DNA from: Nemertoderma westbladi
Lineage: Eukaryota > Animalia > Xenacoelomorpha
Length of the DNA: 64,000 nucleotides
Direction: 5' to 3'
NCBI GenBank assembly: GCA_032718475.1
Contig: JAUCBJ010009088.1
Location: 102,262 to 166,261 of the forward strand
Shown here: positions 33,701-47,900 of the stretch, piece by piece
Layout of the letters: the number at the start of each line of letters is the position of its first letter
How positions within the stretch are numbered: position 1 is the first letter of the stretch
The notes under the pieces: model-generated
What the model saw: the letters and a program-made list of their open reading frames with translations, nothing else
What the model was told of the DNA's origin: nothing
Database searches by the model: none
Made by a program: the position numbers and the translations under genes

Positions 33701-36700
33701 ATTTTGTTTGTGTTTTTTGTTTGTTTTGTTTTGTGTTCCTTGATGGCCTTAGGGTCTGGAAGGTATTTTGGGCTTAATGTCCTGATACTATACTTTTGTT
33801 TGTGTTTTTTGTTTGTTTTGTTTTGTGTTCCTTGATGGCCTTAGGGTCTGGAAGGTATTTTGGGCTTAATGTCCTGATTCTATATTTTTTTGTAGTTAAA
33901 GGGTGTAAGACTCTAGTGGTTACCTTAAAGTTAATATATACATCACAACCCCCTGTTAGTCAGTATGTCGGTACATTCAATTATCACATATGAATATAGA
34001 GCAGAACTCCGGCATCACTGCATGTTGTTAAATCTTATATAATTTTTGTGCTGTGTGTTTGCTCTAGCAAACTACCAGTTTTCCATTGGTAACATGTTTA
34101 CTTACCGTTGGCCTATAGGGTTCCAATGTTCTGAGGTCTGAAGTCTGTTTGGGCTGAGTGGTAACTGAGTTGATGGTGCGATTAATTTAGGTCAATGGTG
34201 CAATATAGTTAGGCTTGGCTAATTCCCTGTCCAGCTGATGAGGTGTCGAGGATTAGCGCGTACTGGTCCTAGACGCCGAAACGCAACCATATTTTTAACA
34301 AATTAATTATTTTTGTCTTAGTCCTACCTCTTTCACGGCGACAAAAATGTCATATATTTTCTTATAGAATATAGGCTTAGCTTTTGTGCAGTTTAATACC
34401 GGTATCATTTAGTGTATGGCGGTTAGGTTTTAGGGTTAGGGTTGCGATACATACTTGTATGTGGAGCATGGTATAATATATTTTGTTTGTGTTTTTTGTT
34501 TGTTTTGTTTTGTGTTCCTTGATGGCCTTAGGGTCTGGAAGGTATTTTGGGCTTAATGTCCTGATACTATACTTTTGTTTGTGTTTTTTGTTTGTTTTGT
34601 TTTGTGTTCCTTGATGGCCTTAGGGTCTGGAAGGTATTTTGGGCTTAATGTCCTGATTCTATATTTTTTTTGTAGTTAAAGGGTGTAAGACTCTAGTGGT
34701 TACCTTAAAGTTAATATATACATCACAACCCCCTGTTAGTCAGTATGTCGGTACATTCAATTATCACATATGAATATAGAGCAGAATTCCGGCATCACTG
34801 CATGTTGTTAAATCTTATATAATTTTTGTGCTGTGTGTTTGCTCTAGCAAACTACCAGTTTTCCATTGGTAACATGTTTACTTACCGTAGGCCTATAGGG
34901 TTCCAATGTTCTGAGGTCTGAAGTCTGTTTGGGCTGAATGGTAACTGAGTTGATGGTGCGATTAATTTAGGTCAATGGTGCAATATAGTTAGGCTTGGCT
35001 AATTCCCTGTCCAGCTGATGAGGTGTCGAGGATTAGCGCGTACTGGTCCTAGATGCCGAAACGCAACCATATTTTTAACAAATTAATTATTTTTGTCTTA
35101 GTCCTACCTCTTTCACGGCGACAAAAATGTCATATATTTTCTTATAGAATATAGGCTTAGCTTTTGTGCAGTTTAATACCGGTATCATTTAGTGCATGGC
35201 GGTTAGGTTTTAGGGTTAGGGTTGCGATACATACTTGTATGTGGAGCATGGTATAATATATTTTGTTTGTGTTTTTTGTTTGTTTTGTTTTGTGTTCCTT
35301 GATGGCCTTAGGGTCTGGAAGGTATTTTGGGCTTAATGTCCTGATACTATACTTTTGTTTGTGTTTTTTGTTTGTTTTGTTTTGTGTTCCTTGATGGCCT
35401 TAGGGTCTGGAAGGTATTTTGGGCTTAATGTCCTGATTCTATATTTTCTTTGTAGTTAAAGAGTGTAAGACTCTAGTGGTTACCTTAAAGTTAATATATA
35501 CATCACAACCCCCTGTTCGTCAGTATGTCGGTACATTCAATTATCACATATGAATATAGAGCAGAACTCCGGCATCACTGCATGTTGTTAAATCTTATAT
35601 AATTTTTGTGCTGTGTGTTTGCTCTAGCAAACTACCAGTTTTCCATTGGTAACATGTTTACTTACCGTAGGCCTATAGGGTTCCAATGTTCTGAGGTCTG
35701 AAGTCTGTTTGGGCTGAGTGGTAACTGAGTTTATGGTGCGATTAATTTAGGTCAATGGTGCAATATAGTTAGGCTTGGCTAATTCCCTGTCCAGCTGATG
35801 AGGTGTCGAGGATTAGCGCGTACTGGTCCTAGACGCCGAAACGCAACCATATTTTTAACAAATTAATTATTTTTGTCTTAGTCCTACCTCTTTCACGGCG
35901 ACAAAAATGTCATATATTTTCTTATAGAATATAGGCTTAGCTTTTGTGCAGTTTAATACCGGTATCATTTAGTGTATGGCGGTTAGGTTTTAGGGTTAGG
36001 GTTGCGATACATACTTGTATGTGGAGCATGGTATAATATATTTTGATTGTGTTTTTTGTTTGTTTTGTTTTGTGTTCCTTGATGGCCTTAGGGTCTGGAA
36101 GGTATTTTGGGCTTAATGTCCTGATACTATACTTTTGTTTGTGTTTTTTGTTTGTTTTGTTTTGTGTTCCTTGATGGCCTTAGGGTCTGGAAGGTATTTT
36201 GGGCTTAATGTCCTGATTCTATATTTTTTTTGTAGTTAAAGGGTGTAAGACTCTAGTGGTTACCTTAAAGTTAATATATACATCACAACCCCCTGTTAGT
36301 CAGTATGTCGGTACATTCAATTATCACATATGAATATAGAGCAGAACTCCGGCATCACTGCATGTTGTTAAATCTTATATAATTTTTGTGCTGTGTGTTT
36401 GCTCTAGCAAACTACCAGTTTTCCATTGGTAACATGTTTACTTACCGTAGGCCTATAGGGTTCCAATGTTCTGAGGTCTGAAGTCTGTTTGGGCTGAGTG
36501 GTAACTGAGTTGATGGTGCGATTAATTTAGATCAATGGTGCAATATAGTTAGGCTTGGCTAATTCCCTGTCCAGCTGAAGAGGTGTCGAGGATTAGCGCG
36601 TACTGGTCCTAGACGCCGAAACGCAACCATATTTTTAACAAATTAATTATTTTTGTCTTAGTCCTACCTCTTTCACGGCGACAAAAATGTCATATATTTT

Positions 36701-39700
36701 CTTATAGAATATAGGCTTAGATTTTGTGCAGTTTAATACCGGTATCATTTAGTGTATGGCGGTTAGGTTTTAGGGTTAGGGTTGCGATACATACTTGTAT
36801 GTGGAGCATGGTATAATATATTTTGTTTGTGTTTTTTGTTTGTTTTGTTTTGTGTTCCTTGATGGCCTTAGGGTCTGGAAGGTATTTTGGGCTTAATGTC
36901 CTGATACTATACTTTTGTTTGTGTTTTTTGTTTGTTTTGTTTTGTGTTCCTTGATGGCCTTAGGGTCTGGAAGGTATTTTGGGCTTAATGTCCTGATTCT
37001 ATATTTTTTTTGTAGTTAAAGGGTGTAAGACTCTAGTGGTTACCTTAAAGTTAATATATACATCACAACCCCCTGTTAGTCAGTATGTCGGTACATTCAA
37101 TTATCACATATGAATATAGAGCAGAACTCCGGCATCACTGCATGTTGTTAAATCTTATATAATTTTTGTGCTGTGTGTTTGCTCTAGCAAACTACCAGTT
37201 TTCCATTGGTAACATGTTTACTTACCGTAGGCCTATAGGGTTCCAATGTTCTGAGGTCTGAAGTCTGTTTGGGCTGAGTGGTAACTGAGTTGATGGTGCG
37301 ATTAATTTAGGTCAATGGTGCAATATAGTTAGGCTTGGCTAATTCCCTGTCCAGCTGATGAGGTGTCGAGGATTAGCGCGTACTGGTCCTAGACGCCGAA
37401 ACGCAACCATATTTTTAACAAATTAATTATTTTTGTCTTAGTCCTACATCTTTCACGGCGACAAAAATGTCATATATTTTCTTATAGAATATAGGCTTAG
37501 CTTTTGTGCAGTTTAATACCGGTATCATTTAGTGTATGGCGGTTAGGTTTTAGGGTTAGGGTTGCGATACATACTTGTATGTGGAGCATGGTATAATATA
37601 TTTTGTTTGTGTTTTTTGTTTGTTTTGTTTTGTGTTCCTTGATGGCCTTAGGGTCTGGAAGGTATTTTGGGCTTAATGTCCTGATACTATACTTTTGTTT
37701 GTGTTTTTTGTTTGTTTTGTTTTGTGTTCCTTGATGGCCTTAGGGTCTGGAAGGTATTTTGGGCTTAATGTCCTGATTCTATATTTTTTTTGTAGTTAAA
37801 GGGTGTAAGACTCTAGTGGTTACCTTAAAGTTAATATATACATCACAACCCCCTGTTAGTCAGTATGTCGGTACATTCAATTATCACATATGAATATAGA
37901 GCAGAACTCCGGCATCACTGCATGTTGTTAATTCTTATATAATTTTTGTGCTGTGTGTTTGCTCTAGCAAACTACCAGTTTTCCATTGGTAACATGTTTA
38001 CTTACCGTAGGCCTATAGGGTTCCAATGTTCTGAGGTCTGAAGTCTGTTTGGGCTGAGTGGTAACTGAGTTGATGGTGCGATTAATTTAGGTCAATGGTG
38101 CAATATAGTTAGGCTTGGCTAATTCCCTGTCCAGCTGATGAGGTGTCGAGGATTAGCGCGTACTGGTCCTAGACGCCAAAACGCAACCATATTTTTAACA
38201 AATTAATTATTTTTGTTTTAGTCCTACCTCTTTCACGGCGACAAAAATGTCATATATTTTCTTATAGAATATAGGCTTAGCTTTTGTGCAGTTTAATACC
38301 GGTATCATTTAGTGTATGGCGGTTAGGTTTTAGGGTTAGGGTTGCGATACATACTTGTATGTGGAGCATGGTATAATATATTTTGTTTGTGTTTTTTGTT
38401 TGTTTTGTTTTGTGTTCCTTGATGGCCTTAGGGTCTGGAAGGTATTTTGGGCTTAATGTCCTGATACTATACTTTTGTTTGTGTTTTTTGTTTGTTTTGT
38501 TTTGTGTTCCTTGATGGCCTTAGGGTCTGGAAGGTATTTTGGGCTTAATGTCCTGATTCTATATTTTTTTTGTAGTTAAAGGGTGTAAGACTCTAGTGGT
38601 TACCTTAAAGTTAATATATACATCACAACCCCCTGTTAGTCAGTATGTCGGTACATTCAATTATCACATATGAATATAGAGCAGAACTCCGGCATCACTG
38701 CATGTTGTTAAATCTTATATAATTTTTGTGCTGTGTGTTTGCTCTAGCAAACTACCAGTTTTCCATTGGTAACATGTTTACTTACCGTAGGCCTATAGGG
38801 TTCCAATGTTCTGAGGTCTGAAGTCTGTTTGGGCTGAGTGGTAACTGAGTTGATGGTGCGATTAATTTAGGTCAATGGTGCAATATAGTTAGGCTTGGCT
38901 AATTCCCTGTCCAGCTGATGAGGTGTCGAGGATTAGCGCGTACTGGTCCTAGACGCCGAAACGCAACCATATTTTTAACAAATTAATTATTTTTGTCTTA
39001 GTCCTACCTCTTTCACGGCGACAAAAATGTCATATATTTTCTTATAGAATATAGGCTTAGCTTTTGTGCAGTTTAATACCGGTATCATTTAGTGTATGGC
39101 GGTTAGGTTTTAGGGTTAGGGTTGCGATACATACTTGTATGTGGAGCATGGTATAATATATTTTGTTTGTGTTTTTTGTTTGTTTTGTTTTGTGTTCCTT
39201 GATGGCCTTAGGGTCTGGAAGGTATTTTGGGCTTAATGTCCTGATACTATACTTTTTTTTTTTTTTTTTTTTTGTTTTGTTTTGTGTTCCTTGATGGCCT
39301 TAGGGTCTGGAAGGTATTTTGGGCTTAATGTCCTGATTCTATATTTTTTTTGTAGTTAAAGGGTGTAAGACTCTAGTGGTTACCTTAAAGTTAATATATA
39401 CATCACAACCCCCTGTTAGTCAGTATGTCGGTACATTCAATTATCACATATGAATATAGAGCAGAACTCCGGCATCACTGCATGTTGTTAAATCTTATAT
39501 AATTTTTGTGCTGTGTGTTTGCTCTAGCAAACTACCAGTTTTCCATTGGTAACATGTTTACTTACCGTAGGCCTATAGGGTTCCAATGTTCTGAGGTCTG
39601 AAGTCTGTTTGGGCTGAGTGGTAACTGAGTTGATGGTGCGATTAATTTAGGTCAATGGTGCAATATAGTTAGGCTTGGCTAATTCCCTGTCCAGCTGATG

Positions 39701-42312
39701 AGGTGTCGAGGATTAGCGCGTACTGGTCCTAGACGCCGAAACGCAACCATATTTTTAACAAATTAATTATTTTTGTTTTAGTCCTACCTCTTTCACGGCG
39801 ACAAAAATGTCATATATTTTCTTATAGAATATAGGCTTAGCTTTTGTGCAGTTTAATACCGGTATCATTTAGTGTATGGCGGTTAGGTTTTAGGGTTAGG
39901 GTTGCGATACATACTTGTATGTGGAGCATGGTATAATATATTTTGTTTGTGTTTTTTGTTTGTTTTGTTTTGTGTTCCTTGATGGCCTTAGGGTCTGGAA
40001 GGTATTTTGGGCTTAATGTCCTGATACTATACTTTTGTTTGTGTTTTTTGTTTGTTTTGTTTTGTGTTCCTTGATGGCCTTAGGGTCTGGAAGGTATTTT
40101 GGGCTTAATGTCCTGATTCTATATTTTTTTTGTAGTTAAAGGGTGTAAGACTCTAGTGGTTACCTTAAAGTTAATATATACATCACAACCCCCTGTTAGT
40201 CAGTATGTCGGTACATTCAATTATCACATATGAATATAGAGCAGAACTCCGGCATCACTGCATGTTGTTAAATCTTATATAATTTTTGTGCTGTGTGTTT
40301 GCTCTAGCAAACTACCAGTTTTCCATTGGTAACATGTTTACTTACCGTAGGCCTATAGGGTTCCAATGTTCTGAGGTCTGAAGTCTGTTTGGGCTGAGTG
40401 GTAACTGAGTTGATGGTGCGATTAATTTAGGTCAATGGTGCAATATAGTTAGGCTTGGCTAATTCCCTGTCCAGCTGATGAGGTGTCGAGGATTAGCGCG
40501 TACTGGTCCTAGACGCCGAAACGCAACCATATTTTTAACAAATTAATTATTTTTGTCTTAGTCCTACCTCTTTCACGGCGACAAAAATGTCATATATTTT
40601 CTTATAGAATATAGGCTTAGCTTTTGTGCAGTTTAATACCGGTATCATTTAGTGTATGGCGGTTAGGTTTTAGGGTTAGGGTTGCGATACATACTTGTAT
40701 GTGGAGCATGGTATAATATATTTTGTTTGTGTTTTTTGTTTGTTTTGTTTTGTGTTCCTTGATGGCCTTAGGGTCTGGAAGGTATTTTGGGCTTAATGTC
40801 CTGATACTATACTTTTGTTTGTGTTTTTTGTTTGTTTTGTTTTGTGTTCCTTGATGGCCTTAGGGTCTGGAAGGTATTTTGGGCTTAATGTCCTGATTCT
40901 ATATTTTTTTTGTAGTTAAAGGGTGTAAGACTCTAGTGGTTACCTTAAAGTTAATATATACATCACAACCCCCTGTTAGTCAGTATGTCGGTACATTCAA
41001 TTATCACATATGAATATAGAGCAGAACTCCGGCATCACTGCATGTTGTTAAATCTTATATAATTTTTGTGCTGTGTGTTTGCTCTAGCAAACTACCAGTT
41101 TTCCATTGGTAACATGTTTACTTACCGTAGGCCTATAGGGTTCCAATGTTCTGAGGTCTGAAGTCTGTTTGGGCTGAGTGGTAACTGAGTTGATGGTGCG
41201 ATTAATTTAGGTCAATGGTGCAATATAGTTAGGCTTGGCTAATTCCCTGTCCAGCTGATGAGGTGTCGAGGATTAGCGCGTACTGGTCCTAGACGCCGAA
41301 ACGCAACCATATTTTTAACAAATTAATTATTTTTGTCTTAGTCCTACCTCTTTCACGGCGACAAAAATGTCATATATTTTCTTATAGAATATAGGCTTAG
41401 CTTTTGTGCAGTTTAATACCGGTATCATTTAGTGTATGGCGGTTAGGTTTTAGGGTTAGGGTTGCGATACATACTTGTATGTGGAGCATGGTATAATATA
41501 TTTTGTTTGTGTTTTTTGTTTGTTTTGTTTTGTGTTCCTTGATGGCCTTAGGGTCTGGAAGGTATTTTGGGCTTAATGTCCTGATACTATACTTTTGTTT
41601 GTGTTTTTTGTTTGTTTTGTTTTGTGTTCCTTGATGGCCTTAGGGTCTGGAAGGTATTTTGGGCTTAATGTCCTGATTCTATATTTTTTTTGTAGTTAAA
41701 GGGTGTAAGACTCTAGTGGTTACCTTAAAGTTAATATATACATCACAACCCCCTGTTAGTCAGTATGTCGGTACATTCAATTATCACATATGAATATAGA
41801 GCAGAACTCCGGCATCACTGCATGTTGTTAAATCTTATATAATTTTTGTGCTGTGTGTTTGCTCTAGCAAACTACCAGTTTTCCATTGGTAACATGTTTA
41901 CTTACCGTAGGCCTATAGGGTTCCAATGTTCTGAGGTCTGAAGTCTGTTTGGGCTGAGTGGTAACTGAGTTGATGGTGCGATTAATTTAGGTCAATGGTG
42001 CAATAGGGTTAGGCTTGGCTAATTCCCTGTCCAGCTGATGAGGTGTCGAGGATTAGCGCGTACTGGTCCTAGACGCCGAAACGCAACCATATTTTTAACA
42101 AATTAATTATTTTTGTCTTAGTCCTACCTCTTTCACGGCGACAAAAATGTCATATATTTTCTTATAGAATATAGGCTTAGCTTTTGTGCAGTTTAATACC
42201 GGTATCATTTAGTGTATGGCGGTTAGGTTTTAGGGTTAGGGTTGCGATACATACTTGTATGTGGAGCATGGTATAATATATTTTGTTTGTGTTTTTTGTT
42301 TGTTTTGTTTTG

Positions 42313-42412
42313 NNNNNNNNNNNNNNNNNNNNNNNNNNNNNNNNNNNNNNNNNNNNNNNNNNNNNNNNNNNNNNNNNNNNNNNNNNNNNNNNNNNNNNNN
42401 NNNNNNNNNNNN
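42313..42412. other. Assembly gap (100 N)
   Basis: Run of N inside the satellite array. Confidence 1.
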
Positions 42413-42416
42413 TGCA

Positions 42417-43591
42417 TGTAAAAGCTTTTGCGGATATAATCAGTCCCCTTGCCCGCAAAGTACCGTTGATGGTGTTTTAACGGACATAAAAGTCATTCTT
42501 CTATATGTGTGCTTTGGCGGACATGGCAAGGCACAAAACCCGCAATGCGTCAAATCCTCTAGCACAGTGTAGCCTTGATGATTCAGATTACGACATCTAA
42601 CAGCTGGTTGCTGGCATGGAAACGGCCGTTGGACACATGGTTCTTTGTTCAGCTTAACAGCCAATCAGGGCGATTTTTACTGTCGACGTGGAGATATTCT
42701 ACAGAGCGTGCTAGGAGTGTTCTGTCTTACGGTTTTCAGTGTTACAGTTGTGTTGTTCCTTCTAGGCCAAGAACACCGGCTCTGGAGTCAATTTGTTTTC
42801 AGACTTTAGAAGAAACATTAGTAGGCTTAGATTATAGAACGTATAACTGTTATCAGTCTTACAACCCAGTACAACCCGGTTCAACATACATTATTATACT
42901 GATATTTACTGTTGTCATTATTTGTATCAGTTGGTTGAATATTATTACTTGGAGAACATCGATAAATAACCCAAATTTCCCAATTTTCTTGATACACTAC
43001 AGGTTAGAGAGACAGGTTACATATAGCGATTGCGACTTATATTATCGTGGTTTGTAGTGAATTTAATGCTATTTGATAGGCACTACATGAGTCAATTGCT
43101 GTTCTCTTTATGTATGATAAAATTCATTGACGGTCGGCAGATTAGTGTGCAGTATTGTGCGGTACCGGTAGTGTGCATGATTGTGGCTGATAACTAAGCA
43201 TTTCCTAAAGAATGCGCCTTATACGTGAATCATAAGCCTTACCGTCTTACCGTTGTGTTTAGTATAAGTCATATCTCTGTTTACCTAGATAGAGCGCCAC
43301 GTCCTAAAGGAACTGTTAATATTTCCCGAAAGTGAATAATATTTGTCAGAAATTAATTATTAACGATCAATCGAATAATACAGTAAGCTTACACTGCAAT
43401 AAAATCTAAGCCCTCCGAATCCAGTCTCCTGGGTATATCCAGCGGGTGAATGGACGCGCACTAGGCTGGCTTCGGCTAATGTTGTGTTTATTGGTATTAA
43501 ACACTTGTCATATGTTAAAGTCTATTTATAAACCAAAAGACATATAAATTTTGGCAGGTTAAACTGCTAAAGGTCTTCAAAAGCGCGTACA
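42417..43591 (+). mobile_element. Solo LTR of a diverged relative of the BEL element, opposite orientation
   Basis: TGTAAAAGCTTTTG...AAGCGCGTACA, colinear with the reverse complement of 17353-18611; TGCA before (rest hidden by the gap) and GTGCA after, matching the satellite site. Confidence 0.88.
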
Positions 43592-43963
43592 GTGCAGTTT
43601 AATACCGGTATCATTTAGTGTATGGCGGTTAGGTTTTAGGGTTAGGGTTTCGATACATACTTGTATGTGGAGCATGGTATAATATATTTTGTTTGTGTTT
43701 TTTGTTTGTTTTGTTTTGTGTTCCTTGATGGCCTTAGGGTCTGGAAGGTATTTTGGGCTTAATGTCCTGATACTATACTTTTGTTTGTGTTTTTTGTTTG
43801 TTTTGTTTTGTGTTCCTTGATGGCCTTAGGGTCTGGAAGGTATTTTGGGCTTAATGTCCTGATTCTATATTTTTTTGTAGTTAAAGGGTGTAAGACTCTA
43901 GTGGTTACCTTAAAGTTAATATATACATCACAACCCCCTGTTAGTCAGTATGTCGGTACATTC

Positions 43964-44381
43964 AGTAATATTGGTGACAGTCAGCAAATTGGTGTGTTTC
44001 ATTACTATTGTCAGTTGTGTGAATGCGAACGAATAATTATACATTCCTAAAGAATGTAAATACTGTGTAGTTTCATGACCACCTGTTGTAATTAGTATAA
44101 GTCATAGCTCTGCGTGGTATTTAAAGCGCAGCACATAAAAGGAACTGTTGGTATTTCACTGAAAATAAACATAGTTTTTGGAGATTATATAGTAGAGATC
44201 AATCGAATAATACAAAGTAGCCTACATGTCTCTCTGCCTTAGAATCCAGTCTCCCACCTCCGGTGGATCATACGCCGCGCTAGACTGGCTTCGGTTGTGT
44301 TCATATTTTGTATGGGCTGTCAGATATTATAAGACACATAAATTAGCAGGTTAAACTGTTAAAGGTCTAAAAGCGCGAATA
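43964..44381 (+). mobile_element. 3' part of a third, more diverged LTR of the same lineage at the array edge
   Basis: Shares AAAGGAACTGTT, GATCAATCGAATAATACA, GAATCCAGTCTCC and GCAGGTTAAACTG.TAAAGGTCT..AAGCGCGAA with the other LTR ends. Confidence 0.75.
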
Positions 44382-44424
44382 GCTGTAAATGAAACAGCCT
44401 ACAATTTAAACAAACAAAAACACC

Positions 44425-44921
44425 TGATCCAGGATCGAACCCATTACATTCACATCTTAAGTCTGGTGCTTTATCAAATGAGGTAGGCTTGGGGTGAAAC
44501 AAGCGCTTTACCTAGTGAGCTAGACTTGGGGTGAAACAGGCGCTCTACCTAGTGAGCTAGACTTGGGGGTGAAACGGGCGGTCTACCTAGTGAGTTAGAC
44601 TTGGGGTGAAACAGGCGCTCTACCGAGTGAGCTAGGCTTGGGGTGAAACAGGCGCTCTACCGAGTGAGTTAGGCATGGGGATGAAACAGGCGCTCTACCT
44701 AGTGAGCTAGACTTGGGGGTGAAACGGGCGCTCTACGTAGTGAGCTAGACTTGGGGTGAAACAGGCGCTCTACCGAGTGTGTTAGGCTGAGGTGAAACAG
44801 GCGCTCTACCGAGTGAGTTAGGTTTGGTGTGTAACAGGCGCTCTACCTAGTGAGCTAGACTTGGGGGTGAAACTAGTGAGCTAGACTTGGGGGTGAAACG
44901 GGCGCTCTACCTAGTGAGCTA
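44425..44921 (-). repeat. ~37-bp tandem repeat of a tRNA-like 5' half (A box/D-arm), ~11 copies, followed on the minus strand by a decayed tRNA-like head with B box
   Basis: Minus unit CCCCAAGTCTAGCTCACTAGGTAGAGCGCCTGTTTCA contains GCTC-N8-GAGC; GGGTTCGATCC at ~44431-44441. Confidence 0.75.
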
Positions 44922-47900
44922 GTATTTTCCGCCATCTAGTTCGGGATCGAATCGGGTACTCCAGGTTAATTGTGGCTGCTGTAGGAATTCCGGGCCTGTG
45001 AGCCAGAGTTTACTTTTACCTAGCTGTCGTGGGGTGGCGCCTCTGCTCGATAAGTCCGCTGGGTTTTCTTTCCCGTTCACATGGTGCCACTGTTCTCGGC
45101 CGGTACACTGTTTTATCTCCGTGGTTCTGTTCGCTACAAACGTGGTATGATGCCGTGATGGTGAGTGGAGGTAGTAGAGTACGATACTCGAATCGACCCA
45201 GAAATGCTGCGATTCGATGGGGATTCTTAAGTTCCGCATGATCATGCGGTTCTGCCTTACTGCCCACACTGAGGCATGTAGCTCGAGTCTCGGTATCGTT
45301 GCTACTAATTCCCCGGATACCGTCTTAGCCTTAGAGAATAAGAAGCTCGTATCGCCGTTTCCATCCTAACTTAGTCTTCTTAGGAAGGTAACTACACCAA
45401 TTCCGGTATTCAAGGCATCCGAGAAAGTATGGAGCTGGAATATATCGGTGGGTAGTTTATCGAGGAAGAACGGTCGAGTGCATAAGATGTAGGTGTCCGA
45501 GTTGTTCCGTCCACTTTCGCCATTTGGCACTGAGGTATGGGGGTAGTTCTTCGTCCCATCCCAGTCCTTCTATCCACATCTCTTTGATCAAATTCATTCC
45601 GGCCAATGTTACTGGAGATATGAAGTTTAGTGGATCAAATATAGCACTCTTTATAGACAAACATCCCCTTTTTGTCATGGGCTTGGGTAGGGGGTTATAT
45701 TTGAAGATGAACTTATCCGATTCTATGTCCCATTCGATACCGAGTACACGGTGATCCACACCCTCAGAATACATTTTATTGTCGTCTAGTCTGATTTCCT
45801 CTGGTAATTTTTTCATAAGTTCCTTATCATGAGATCTAAACTTTACGAGGGGGAAGACTCCTCTCTTTAAACATTCCACCATTCCCATCGCTAGTTGATA
45901 TGCCTCGTTGACAGTATCGGCACCGGCGCATCCGTCGTCTACGTAGAAACATCTTCAGATGGTCTCTATGACTGTCGGAGGGAACTCATTTTCGCACATA
46001 GCCGCTGTTTTCTTCAGCATGTCACTACATGCCACCGGCGAGTCCTTAGCGCCGAAGATCCTGACAATCATGCGCATTACGTCCACATCCTTCAAGGTGA
46101 GTTGACTTATCTCATGTGGAGTTAATGTTTTATCTGTCCATAATATGCGTAGACAATCTGAGTCTCTTGGTAGCGTTCGGACCTGGTGGAACATCGCTTT
46201 GATGTCGCATGTGAAAGCTATTCGGTTTCCCCTGAACCTGATCAACACGCCGATGAGTGTACTGTAGATGTTGGGCCCTGTATAAAGTTGACTGTTCAGG
46301 GATTCTCCCTGATACATAGCCGCAGCATCGTTTACTACCCGTTTTACCACCCTTCCGGGCTTCTACCACATAGTGGGTTGGGAGATAATACGTCCGTCTA
46401 CCCCCTTGCAGTTCATTCCGGGGTACCATTTCCGCCAATCCATCTTCTAGATATCCTTTGATTACATTATTGTATTTCTCCTTTATCTCGGGTAGGTCAT
46501 TTAACCGGCGTAGGATTCCTTTGAGCCGCCTAAGGGCCATGCTGGCATTATTCGCCATTGGTCTATCTGGGTCTTTCCACAGCATGGGCATACACCAATG
46601 TCCGTTGTTGAACATTGCCTGATCAAGGATGTCGATACAATATTGATCTTCCTTGGACGGGTTCTCATCCTTCTCAGCGAACTCTTGGGTCTCTAGGTTG
46701 AAGTACTTGGTCATTTCCTGCTGGGTCTTTTCAGTCTCTAGGAATAAATCCTCGTCCAGGTTGGTTGCGGAACAGTAACCCACAGATGTTACATTCTCAT
46801 TAATCTGGCATTTAGGGAGATATGTATAAGTGTCGGTAGTCTCCTCTTTGATGCCGCAGAGTGTCCATCCCATGATGGTGCATTCTGCATAAAAGCCATC
46901 GTCCGGCTTTATGGATCGGGCTACGTCTCCAGTTGGTATATGTAACTCCGGTGTGTCAAGTCCGATTAGTAGGGTAATTCGGTTCACGTCCAACGGCGGG
47001 CATCGTAGATCTACATTGTATCCCTTCATAACCCCTTCCATCTTGAGTTGTACCTCCCCGGACTCCACTTCTCTATGGTTGGTGATAGTTTGTATGGGCC
47101 GCTTGCAAGGTTCGTAATCTAGGCCTAGTTGTTCGAGGAAATCCCGGTCGATGATGGTTCCATCTGACCCGTTGTCAAGGAATGCGAGCGTTGTTAAGGA
47201 TTTCCCGACCCCTTGAATTCTTACTGGGATTACTTTGGCGAAGACCATGTAATGGCGGTTTATAAGATTGATCGTAGCCGAGATATTTGTCACATGTGAT
47301 ACATCGGTGGTGGTTTTAAACGGATTGGTTTCCCTCCGTTGAATTGTCCGGGTACCCTTAGAGACGTGATTCGTTTCTCCTCTCCGTTTGTATTCGATCC
47401 GGAATGGTAGAGTAGTAAAATCGAAGTTCGCAGGGATGTGGAGGAGTGTGTGATGGCGTAGGTCATTACAGACTGCGCAGCACGATCTTTGGTCGCAGTC
47501 CCGAACGTAGTGACCTGTTCCGAAACACCGGAAGCATCCTCGGTGTTTCATTATCGCCTCGAGGCGTGGAACGAGTTCAGCAAACTGGAACTTTCTGCAG
47601 AATTCCACCTTGTGTTTCTCTTCGCAGAAGAGACATAGAAGGGAGGTTGTGGTGCCTTCCCTTTCGGGTGCCCAATTCGCTAGATAACACGCCCATTCCT
47701 CGGCTGATGTCGGCTCCTCGTAGTCCTCATCGTCGGAATCCTCGGCCATGGTGGTGACCATCGTACTCACCGGAGGGGGGCGGAATCTCGGTTACGGAGT
47801 TGGTGCCCTGCTCCTAGAGTTGTTCTCTATTCCGTCTAACTTGGAGAGACTTTGTTTGGAGAACATTGAGTCATTCATGGCTTCGGAGATATCATTTAGG

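Larger units (their letters stand above)
15183..43963. repeat. ~780-bp tandem satellite array (~18-19 visible units), interrupted by LTR and Helentron-like insertions and a gap
   Basis: Landmarks recur every 779-780 bp; each unit has an internal duplicated ~80-bp T-rich subrepeat and a TTAGG/TTAGGG patch; 15183-15601 is an inverted half-unit. Confidence 0.97.

Noticed and set aside
39254-39272. Pure T-run replacing TTTTGTTTGTG in one satellite unit
   Set aside because: Most likely a consensus or polishing error
42177-42572. ORFs containing X runs
   Set aside because: Artefacts of translating across the N gap
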